Part shown: positions 57,030-64,000 of the stretch, piece by piece
How the letters are laid out: the number at the start of each line of letters is the position of its first letter
How positions within the stretch are numbered: position 1 is the stretch's first letter
NCBI GenBank assembly: GCA_016931295.1
Contig: JAFGEZ010000012.1
Span: forward strand, 6,100-70,099
Direction of reading: 5' to 3'
DNA: 64,000 nucleotides
DNA from: Candidatus Krumholzibacteriota bacterium
Lineage (GTDB): Bacteria; Krumholzibacteriota; Krumholzibacteriia; Krumholzibacteriales; Krumholzibacteriaceae
Notes under the pieces: model-generated
What the model saw: the letters and a program-made list of their open reading frames with translations, nothing else
Databases searched by the model: none
What the model was told of the DNA's origin: nothing
Made by a program: the position numbers and the translations under genes

Positions 57030-57593
57030 ATGAGACTATCGGGTCGGGGAAGAGCGGGGATCGCGACGGTCGCCGTCATGTTCCTTCTCATGGCGGGATG
57101 CACGCGTTCCGAACGGGCAGGCCGCGTGGAGACGAGACCGGAACCGGACACCCGGGCGTCGACGATCCCGCTCGACGGCGTCGACGAGGCCGCGGACGCG
57201 CCGGCCCCGGCGGCGAAGCCCTACGATCTCGAGGCGGAGATGCCGGTCGAGGATACGCTCGCCGTCGCGCCGGAAGAGGACATCGAGTTCGAGCGCGTCG
57301 ATACGACGAGCGTCCGCGTGGAGGAGGCGGCAACCGGGACGGCGGTCCCCGAGGCCTTCGCCCTCGGGTACCGGGTACAGGTGTTCGCCTCCCGCGAACT
57401 GGCTGCGGCGAAGGCCGTGAAGGAAAGAATCGTGGCCGAGGGCGACCTCGCGACATATATAGAGTATGAAGACGGATTGTACAAGGTCCGGGTCGGGGAT
57501 TTCGAGAGCAGGGACGCGGCCGCGGCCGCGCGCGTGGCGCTCGGGGACCGGTACCCGGACTGCTGGATCGTGCAGACGACCGTTCGCAGGTGA
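57030..57593 (+). CDS. SPOR domain lipoprotein
   Basis: Lipobox LLMAGC. Pro/Ala/Glu-rich linker. C-terminal SPOR-like motif (YRVQVFASRELAAAKAVKERI...YKVRVGDFESRDAAAAA). Confidence 0.65.
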   Translation: MRLSGRGRAGIATVAVMFLLMAGCTRSERAGRVETRPEPDTRASTIPLDGVDEAADAPAPAAKPYDLEAEMPVEDTLAVAPEEDIEFERVDTTSVRVEEAATGTAVPEAFALGYRVQVFASRELAAAKAVKERIVAEGDLATYIEYEDGLYKVRVGDFESRDAAAAARVALGDRYPDCWIVQTTVRR

Positions 57594-57623
57594 CGCCTGC
57601 TGCCGGAAGGAGTACAGCACCAG

Positions 57624-58670
57624 ATGCCAGAGCTTCGCAAGGATCCGATCATCGGTCGATGGGTGATCATCTCGACCGAACGCGGCAAGCGTCCGATCGA
57701 CTTCAAGATGGAGAAGCGCCCGGCCAGGGGGGGATTCTGTCCCTTCTGCCCGGGGAACGAGGACAAGACGCCGCCGGAAGTGCTCGCCTACCGAGATCCG
57801 CATACGGCGCCGGACACCGCCGGATGGACGGTGCGCGTCGTTCCGAACAAGTTTCCCGCACTCCAGATAGAGGGCGAGCTCGACAAGCGCGGGGACGGGA
57901 TCTACGACATGATGCGCGGGGTCGGGGCCCACGAGGTGCTGATCGAATCGCCCGACCACAAGCTCAACCTCGCCTACCTGCCCGACGATCACGTCGAGAG
58001 CATATTCTGGGCACTGCGAGACCGTTGCATCGATCTCAAGAAGGATTCCCGCTTCCGGTACATCCTCGTCTTCAAGAACTGGGGAGAGGAGGCGGGGGCG
58101 TCGCTGGAGCATTCGCATTTCCAGATCATCGCCACGCCGATCATACCGAAGCGCGCGATCGAGGAGCTCGACGGCGCGAAGTTCCACTGGAGCCTGAAGG
58201 AGCGGTGCATTTTCTGCGACCTGCTCAAGCAGGAGATTCAGGAGGAGAAGCGGATCATCCACCGCAACGAGCATTTCATTGCGATCGCCCCCTACGCGTC
58301 GCGCTTCCCCTTCGAGACCTGGGTGATGCCCCTCCGCCACGTGTCGGCGTTCGAGAAGACCCCGACCGAGTGGTTCTCGTCGCTCGCGGGGATCATGAAG
58401 ACCGTCATCCGGAAGCTCGACATCGCCCTCGACGTGCCGCCCTTCAATTTCATCATCCACACGGCTCCCGCGAAGACCCCCGACCTCGACTATTACCACT
58501 GGCACATCGAGATCATGCCCAAGCTCACGAAGGTCGCCGGTTTCGAGTGGGGAAGCGGGTTCTATATCAATCCCACGCCACCCGAGGTCGCGGCCGAGGC
58601 GCTTCGGGCGATCGACGTCGACGCGCCGGCGGTCGGCGTCCTGGAAGGAAAGAACGAAGATGAAAAGTAG
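57624..58670 (+). CDS. galT: galactose-1-phosphate uridylyltransferase family (class I GalT, HIT-like)
   Basis: Zn site CPFCPGNE, active site HSHFQI, FCD motif. 348 aa. Confidence 0.75.
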   Translation: MPELRKDPIIGRWVIISTERGKRPIDFKMEKRPARGGFCPFCPGNEDKTPPEVLAYRDPHTAPDTAGWTVRVVPNKFPALQIEGELDKRGDGIYDMMRGVGAHEVLIESPDHKLNLAYLPDDHVESIFWALRDRCIDLKKDSRFRYILVFKNWGEEAGASLEHSHFQIIATPIIPKRAIEELDGAKFHWSLKERCIFCDLLKQEIQEEKRIIHRNEHFIAIAPYASRFPFETWVMPLRHVSAFEKTPTEWFSSLAGIMKTVIRKLDIALDVPPFNFIIHTAPAKTPDLDYYHWHIEIMPKLTKVAGFEWGSGFYINPTPPEVAAEALRAIDVDAPAVGVLEGKNEDEK

Positions 58671-60165
58671 CACACGGATGAACGTGGTCGTCGCGACCAC
58701 CGAGATCGTTCCCTACTCCAAGGTCGGGGGACTCGCGGACGTCATGGGCGCGCTCCCGGACGAGCTCGAACAGATCGGATGCCGCCTCACCGTCATCACG
58801 CCGCTCTACGCGTCGATCGACCGGCAGGCCTTCGGGATCGCGGCGGTCGGCGGTCTGCCGCTCCTCGCCGTCGACGTGGCGGGGCGTCGCGTGCCCTTCG
58901 GGCTCCGGAGCGCCGTCAAGCCGGGTACGGGCATTCGCGTCTACTTCGTCGAGAACGAGGAATACTACGGGCGCGACGGCATCTACACGACGGCCGCCGG
59001 CGAGGCCTTCCCGGACGAGGACGAGCGGACGATCTTCTTCAACCGCGCCGTCGTCGAGACGATCGCCAAACTGGGCATCTCGCCGGACATCGTCCACTGC
59101 AACGATTTCCACACGGGGCTCGTGCCGGCGCTCATCGAGATCGAACGGGGATCGGACCCGCTCTTCGAGACGACCGCGACGGTCTTCAGCGTGCACAACC
59201 TCGCCTACCAGGGCATCTTCGAGCGGGATTTCATCGTGAAGGCCGGGCTCGACCCGGCCCTGTTCTCGCCGATGAGCCCCTTCGAGTACTGGGGGCGCGT
59301 GAACGTGATGAAAGTCGGGCTGTCCTACGCGAGCGTCATCAGCACGGTCAGCCGCACGTACGCCGAGGAGATCATGTCATCCGAGGAGTACGGCTACGGG
59401 CTCGAGGGCGTCATCGCGGCGCGCCGCGATTCGGTCGTCGGGATCCTGAACGGCATCGATCCGGGCGCGTGGGATCCCGCCGCCGACGACCTGATCCCGG
59501 CCGCCTTCACCGCCGACGACCTTTCCGGCAAGGCGCGGAACAAGGCGGCGCTCGCCGAGGCGTTCGACCTGGACGCGACGCCCGACGTCCCCGTGATCGG
59601 CATGGTCTCCCGGCTCGTCGACCAGAAGGGCTTCGACATCCTCGCCGAGGCCCTGGCGTCGATCATGGAAGAGCCGGTCGCCTTCGCGATCCTCGGCACG
59701 GGCCAGCAGAAGTACCACGAGCTCTACACGGAGCTCGCCGGCGCCTATCCCGGACGCATGGGGGTCCGACTCGAGTTCAACAACGCCCTGGCGCATCTCG
59801 TCGAGGCGGGCAGCGACTTCTTCCTCATGCCGTCCCGGTACGAGCCGTGCGGGCTCAACCAGATGTACAGCCTGCGGTACGGCACCTTCCCGATCGTGCG
59901 CGAGACGGGCGGTCTCAAGGACACGATCGACGGGCTCTCGCCGAAGGGGGCGAAGGGGAACGGATTCACCTTCGTCGAGTACGACCCCGAGACGCTCGCC
60001 GATGCGGTGAAGCGGGCCGTCCGGTTCTATCGCGACGAGAAAGCGGTCGCCCGGGCCCGGGCCCGGGTCATGCGCGAGGACCACTCCTGGAGACGCTCGG
60101 CGAAGGAATACGTGAAGCTCTACGGGATGGCGGGCAGCCGCGCAGGAATGGGGTTGACAACCTGA
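58660..60165 (+). CDS. glgA: glycogen (starch) synthase, GT5
   Basis: KVGGLADVMGALP (KxGGL) N-terminal motif. Overlaps galT by 11 nt. Confidence 0.85.
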   Translation: MKSSTRMNVVVATTEIVPYSKVGGLADVMGALPDELEQIGCRLTVITPLYASIDRQAFGIAAVGGLPLLAVDVAGRRVPFGLRSAVKPGTGIRVYFVENEEYYGRDGIYTTAAGEAFPDEDERTIFFNRAVVETIAKLGISPDIVHCNDFHTGLVPALIEIERGSDPLFETTATVFSVHNLAYQGIFERDFIVKAGLDPALFSPMSPFEYWGRVNVMKVGLSYASVISTVSRTYAEEIMSSEEYGYGLEGVIAARRDSVVGILNGIDPGAWDPAADDLIPAAFTADDLSGKARNKAALAEAFDLDATPDVPVIGMVSRLVDQKGFDILAEALASIMEEPVAFAILGTGQQKYHELYTELAGAYPGRMGVRLEFNNALAHLVEAGSDFFLMPSRYEPCGLNQMYSLRYGTFPIVRETGGLKDTIDGLSPKGAKGNGFTFVEYDPETLADAVKRAVRFYRDEKAVARARARVMREDHSWRRSAKEYVKLYGMAGSRAGMGLTT

Positions 60166-60182
60166 CCGCCGATTCCTATAAT
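60155..60182 (+). promoter_or_regulatory. consensus sigma70 promoter (TTGACA-16-TATAAT) for the tRNA-Gly/tRNA-Cys unit
   Basis: -35 at 60155-60160 (inside the glgA 3' end), -10 at 60177-60182, about 24 nt before the tRNA-Gly 5' end. Confidence 0.55.
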
Positions 60183-60205
60183 GCATACGCTTTGTTGCAC
60201 ATAAG

Positions 60206-60281
<76 letters not shown>

Positions 60282-60337
60282 GATTGCGTGGAGTGGATCG
60301 CTGCCGATGATCGGGAGGGATCCACTCCCGCGTCAGA

Positions 60338-60412
60338 GGCGGCGTAGCCAAGAGGCTAAGGCGACGGTCTGCAAAACCGTTATCACCGGTTCGAATCCGG
60401 TCGCCGCCTCCA
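60338..60412 (+). tRNA. tRNA-Cys (anticodon GCA), CCA encoded
   Basis: Acceptor stem GGCGGCG/CGCCGCC, anticodon loop CTGCAAA, T-arm CCGGTTCGAATCCGG, 3' TCCA. Confidence 0.8.
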
Positions 60413-60629
60413 CGGTTATCATGCGGCGATGCCACTCCGAATCCCAGATTCCAGCACGATCATCGCCAGGTGCGGCGTGGCTTGCGTCGCCCCGCGGGAG
60501 CCGTTTGGCCGGCGGGCGTTCCGGCGCCGCGTGAGATACGCGCGTCCCCGGAAGACCGGCATCGATCGCGGGCGGGTTCGGGCCGTCCCGCGCGGCGGAT
60601 CACGGCGAGACCGATCGAAAGGAGAACGC

Positions 60630-61658
60630 ATGCCTTCACGGACGGTGGTCACGGCGGCAATCGCCGCGATGCTCGCCCTCGCTTCGAACGGATGCGCCGG
60701 AGGCGGCGGATCGAAGGCGACAAACGTTCCATGGCTTGGTTGTGCTCCGCCCGGTACGACGGCCGCGATCTTCGCGCCGGGTATCGTCTCGACCGGGGCA
60801 TCCGAGCGCGATATCGCGATGATGCCCGACGGCTCCGAGATCTACTTCGGACGCATCGTCGGCCCCTACGCCTACAGCGCCATCATGCAGACGAGACTGG
60901 TCGACGGCGTCTGGTCAAAGCCCGAGGTGGCGCCCTTTTCGCGGGACCCGGGGCATCTCGATCTCGAACCGTGCATCTCCCCGGACGGATCGCGTTTCTT
61001 CTTCCTCTCGACGCGGCCGGATACGTCGGCGGGGGAGACCGAAGCCGGCGATCAGGACATCTGGGTGATGGACCGCGTCGCGGACGGCTGGAGCGAACCG
61101 CGCAACCTCGGCCTGCCGGTGAACACGTCGGGCGCGGAGTTCTTTCCCTCCGTCACGAACGACGGCACCCTCTATTTCAACCGGCGGGAGCAGGGGGCGC
61201 GCGTTGAATACATCATGCGATCGCGTTTCGTCGACGGCGAATACGCCGAGCCGGAGATCCTCCCCGCCGAGGTGAACGCGGGCGACGACCGGTTCAACGC
61301 CTTCATCGCGCCGGACGAAAGCTACATCATCGTGTGCGTCGTCGGCCGGGAGGACAATCTCGGCGGCGCCGACTACTACGTCTCGTTCCGCGGGGCAAAC
61401 GACTCCTGGAGGGGCCCGTTCAATCTCGGCGCACGGGTGAATGCCGCCACGGGGCGGGAATGGTCCCCGTTCGTGTCGCGGGACGGGCGCTATCTTTTCT
61501 TCATGTCGTCCCGTACGACGGAAAAGCCCGACGGGGGACGGCTAAACGCCGCGTTCCTCGAACAGGCGCAGGGTCGACCGGGCAACGGGAACGCGGACAT
61601 CTGGTGGATCGACGCCGCGGTGATCGAGGATCTCCGGCCGACGCCGGACGATCGGTAA
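60630..61658 (+). CDS. PD40/TolB-like WD40-type beta-propeller lipoprotein
   Basis: aaaggagaacgc RBS. Lipobox LASNGC. Repeated PD40-like blades (DGSEIYF, DGSRFFFLS, DGTLYFN, DESYIIV, DGRYLFFMS). True start ATG 60630 inside ORF 60429..61658. Confidence 0.75.
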   Translation: MPSRTVVTAAIAAMLALASNGCAGGGGSKATNVPWLGCAPPGTTAAIFAPGIVSTGASERDIAMMPDGSEIYFGRIVGPYAYSAIMQTRLVDGVWSKPEVAPFSRDPGHLDLEPCISPDGSRFFFLSTRPDTSAGETEAGDQDIWVMDRVADGWSEPRNLGLPVNTSGAEFFPSVTNDGTLYFNRREQGARVEYIMRSRFVDGEYAEPEILPAEVNAGDDRFNAFIAPDESYIIVCVVGREDNLGGADYYVSFRGANDSWRGPFNLGARVNAATGREWSPFVSRDGRYLFFMSSRTTEKPDGGRLNAAFLEQAQGRPGNGNADIWWIDAAVIEDLRPTPDDR

Positions 61659-61723
61659 ACAACCGTGTGTGCTATCGTGTCTCGCCTCCGGGTGCGGACA
61701 TGCGCCTTGCGTCGGCTTTTCCC

Positions 61724-61752
61724 TTGATGCGACAGTTTCTCCGGCGTAGAGT
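61724..61752 (+). promoter_or_regulatory. sigma70-like promoter (TTGATG-17-TAGAGT) for tRNA-Leu
   Basis: -35 at 61724-61729, -10 at 61747-61752, 9 nt before the tRNA 5' end. Confidence 0.45.
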
Positions 61753-61761
61753 ATGGCGCGT

Positions 61762-61849
61762 GCCGGGGTGGCGGAACTGGTAGACGCAGCGGACTTAAAA
61801 TCCGCTGGTGCAACGCACCGTGCGGGTTCAATTCCCGCCCCCGGCACCA
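61762..61849 (+). tRNA. tRNA-Leu (anticodon TAA), long variable arm, CCA encoded
   Basis: Acceptor GCCGGGG/CCCCGGC, anticodon loop CTTAAAA, variable arm GGTGCAACGCACCGT, T-arm GCGGGTTCAATTCCCGC, ACCA end. Confidence 0.8.
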
Positions 61850-61894
61850 GGACGACGCGCATCGTTTCCCCGACGAACGGACAGGACAACCCAC

Positions 61895-62752
61895 ATGGAA
61901 CGTGCCGTATCGATCATCATCCCGGCATTCAACGAGGAATCGGGATTGGACTCCTTTCTCGGAAATCTCGTTCCGATCGCCCGCGAGCGGGGCTGGGAGG
62001 TCCTCGTCATCGACGACGGATCGACCGACGGAACGGCCTCGATCGTCCGCAAGGCCGGAGCGCGCCTGGTCAGCCAGCCGTACAACAAGGGATACGGAGC
62101 AGCGCTCAAGGCGGGGATACGGAACGCCTCCCACGAGACGATCGTGATGATGGACTCTGACGGCCAGCATCGTCCCGAAGATCTCGATCGCCTCCTCGAG
62201 CACGCCGGGACGCACGACATGGTCGTCGGGCAGCGCCGGAAAGCGGGCGGAATCCGGGCGCCGGGGAAGAAGCTGCTCTCGATGGTCGCCGACTACCTGA
62301 GCGGCGTGCGGATCCCGGATCTCAACTCGGGATTCCGCGTCTTCACGAAGAAGACGGTCGGGGAATTCCTGCACATCTGTCCCAACGGCTTCTCCTTCAC
62401 GACGACGATCACGCTGGCCTATCTCCGCGCGGGATACAGCGTCAAATACGTGCCGATCAGGACCGAGGAGCGGATCGGCCGGGCGAGCAACGTCAGGTTC
62501 TTCGGCGACGGCTACAAGACCTTCCTTCTGATCGTGCGCGTGATCGTGCTCTTCAACCCGCTCAAGGTGTTCATGCCGGTCTCCATCGTTCTCTTCCTGG
62601 CCGGCGCGCTCTTCACCATCTACGGTATCGTCGCCTATCGACGAGCGCCGAACATGGGCATGCTGGCGATCCTGACGAGCGTGCTCGTCTTCTTCATGGG
62701 GATCTTCGCGGACCAGATTTCCGCGATCAGGCGCGAACGGCACCCGGGATGA
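61895..62752 (+). CDS. GT2 polyprenol-phosphate sugar synthase (DPM1/GtrB-like) with C-terminal TM helices
   Basis: SIIIPAFNEE, VIDDGSTDGT, MDSDGQH DxD motifs. Two C-terminal TM helices. True start ATG 61895. Confidence 0.8.
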   Translation: MERAVSIIIPAFNEESGLDSFLGNLVPIARERGWEVLVIDDGSTDGTASIVRKAGARLVSQPYNKGYGAALKAGIRNASHETIVMMDSDGQHRPEDLDRLLEHAGTHDMVVGQRRKAGGIRAPGKKLLSMVADYLSGVRIPDLNSGFRVFTKKTVGEFLHICPNGFSFTTTITLAYLRAGYSVKYVPIRTEERIGRASNVRFFGDGYKTFLLIVRVIVLFNPLKVFMPVSIVLFLAGALFTIYGIVAYRRAPNMGMLAILTSVLVFFMGIFADQISAIRRERHPG

Positions 62753-62825
62753 CCGGCCCCGCTTTCGAAGAGCCCCGGGGAAGGGCCGTCGGGTATCCTG
62801 CGTCCGGGACGGCGGGGGAAGATAC

Positions 62826-63551
62826 ATGAGCGCATACGAGAACCGTTTCACCATGGACGAGGTGCGTCTGTTCTGGGACGGGGTCGCCGTCCACGAATAC
62901 GAGCGTGCGAACGACCTGATGGACCGTGTCCACACGCAGCGGTTCAGGGGGGCGATCTCGCGACTCGACCTGCGGGACGGCGCGCGGATCCTCAACGTCT
63001 GGTCGAGGATCGGCGACGGCGTGCCGTGGCTGCGCCGCGCATGTCCCGGTATCCGGCTGGTGAACGCCGATCTCTCCTTCGAGATGCTCCGGGGCAGCCG
63101 GCGACTGCATCCGGAAGAAACCCACGTGCAGACATCGCTGCACGAACTGCCCTTTCCCGACGATTCCTTCGATATCGCGATGTCCCTCGAGACGCTCGAA
63201 CACGTTCCCGACCCGCTCATCTTCCTTCGGGAGCTGCGCAGGGTGCTCGTGGAGGGCGGTCAGCTCGTCATGAGTTTGCCGCCGGCCTTCGCCGAATGGA
63301 CGAGCGTGCTGAATTCGATGCTGCGGTTCCATCACGGCGAGGGGCCGCACCGGTTTCTCGCGCCGGGGGAGGTGAAACGGATGCTGCGGGAAGCGGGTTT
63401 CGATCTGCTCGACCATGAGGGGACGCTGTTCATCCCGTTCGGCGGGATGCGTATGGAGCGTCTCGATGTCCAGCTGGGCAGGTTGTTCGGATCGGGCCCC
63501 CTGGCGAGCCTCGGCATCCGGCAGTTCTATGTCTGCTCGGCGACCCTGTGA
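62826..63551 (+). CDS. class I SAM-dependent methyltransferase
   Basis: Motif I-like ILNVWSRIGDG, post-I acidic residue, LVEGGQLVMSLP motif. Confidence 0.6.
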   Translation: MSAYENRFTMDEVRLFWDGVAVHEYERANDLMDRVHTQRFRGAISRLDLRDGARILNVWSRIGDGVPWLRRACPGIRLVNADLSFEMLRGSRRLHPEETHVQTSLHELPFPDDSFDIAMSLETLEHVPDPLIFLRELRRVLVEGGQLVMSLPPAFAEWTSVLNSMLRFHHGEGPHRFLAPGEVKRMLREAGFDLLDHEGTLFIPFGGMRMERLDVQLGRLFGSGPLASLGIRQFYVCSATL

Positions 63552-64000
63552 CATCCTGCTCGAGACGATCGTCGAGAGGGGGCTGTGCACCCGATGCGGG
63601 ACGTGCGTCGGCGCGTGCCCGACGGGGAACCTCTCGATCGCGGACCCGACGGGGCGTTGCCTCCCCGTCGCGGGGGACGATTGCACGTCGTGCGGTTCCT
63701 GTCTCGCCGGATGCCCCGGGGGGGAAGTCGATTTCGGCCCGCTCGAGGAGTCCCTCTTCGGGGAGCGGGCCCGGAACGAGCTGCTCGGCGTCGTGCGCAC
63801 CGCGTGGCTCGCGCATGCCGTCGATCCGTCGGTGAGGCGCGGCGGCGCGAGCGGAGGAGTCATAACGGCCCTGCTGCTTCGCCTCGTCGAGTCGAAAGAG
63901 ACCGCCGGGGCCGTCGTCTTCGGCGACGCCGCCGGGGAGCCGTGGCGGGGAGAAGGCGCGATCGCGCGGACGCGCGAGGACATTCTCGCCGCCTCGCAGA
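63529..64000 (+). CDS. FrhB/FdhB-like (coenzyme F420 hydrogenase/dehydrogenase beta subunit family) 4Fe-4S protein, 5' partial at window edge
   Basis: Hand translation from ATG 63529: MSARRPCDILLETIVERGLCTRCGTCVGACPTGNL...CTSCGSCLAGCPGG (two ferredoxin-like CxxCxxCxxxCP motifs), then GVVRTAWLAHA...RGGASGGVITALL. Not in the ORF track because there is no stop in the window. Overlaps the methyltransferase 3' end by 23 nt. Confidence 0.6.
   Translation, partial: MSARRPCDILLETIVERGLCTRCGTCVGACPTGNLSIADPTGRCLPVAGDDCTSCGSCLAGCPGGEVDFGPLEESLFGERARNELLGVVRTAWLAHAVDPSVRRGGASGGVITALLLRLVESKETAGAVVFGDAAGEPWRGEGAIARTREDILAASQ

Overview
High-GC (about 68-70% by eye) bacterial chromosomal segment dominated by cell-envelope and glycan biosynthesis. 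Most open frames in all six reading directions are artefacts of the high GC content. Real genes were picked by recognisable domain motifs, operon-like packing with ATGA/GTGA overlaps, and ribosome-binding sites. The layout is: (i) the three-gene AmmeMemoRadiSam system at the left edge, with the MEMO1-like and AMMECR1 proteins fused and running off the window; (ii) a GldA/GldF/GldG-type ABC transporter with a DUF4340 protein; (iii) three small exported proteins, a DUF72 protein and a PMT/GT39-like membrane glycosyltransferase; (iv) an Hsp20-Lon heat-shock operon; (v) an LPS inner-core heptose cluster with four GT9 heptosyltransferases, an MsbA-like exporter, split HldE kinase and adenylyltransferase, and GT2/GT1 enzymes; (vi) a PEP-CTERM-type exopolysaccharide operon (priming sugar transferase, Wza-like exporter, chain-length determinant, ExeA-like ATPase, BY-kinase-like protein with a degenerate Walker A, Wzx flippase, GT2 + ArnE-like + GT-C module, GT1s) with an unexplained nucleotidyltransferase-fold / alkaline-phosphatase-superfamily gene pair embedded in it; (vii) a minus-strand compatible-solute operon (unknown repeat protein, TreT-like, OtsB, OtsA); (viii) dTDP-rhamnose genes and a second glycan pathway (PglC-like priming transferase, WbpB/WbpE/WbpD-like 2,3-diacetamido-sugar enzymes, GT1s, a radical SAM/SPASM protein); (ix) GalT-GlgA; (x) tRNA-Gly, tRNA-Cys, a PD40 beta-propeller lipoprotein and tRNA-Leu, each tRNA unit with a consensus sigma70-like promoter; (xi) a DPM1-like GT2, a SAM methyltransferase and a partial FrhB-like 4Fe-4S protein. 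No CRISPR array, transposase, integrase or phage genes were seen. The most likely novel items are the nucleotidyltransferase/alkaline-phosphatase pair in the EPS operon, the Tat-signal-bearing AmmeMemoRadiSam radical SAM with a fused MEMO-AMMECR1 partner, the pseudo-kinase EpsG homologue, and the radical SAM/SPASM gene inside a glycosyltransferase cluster.
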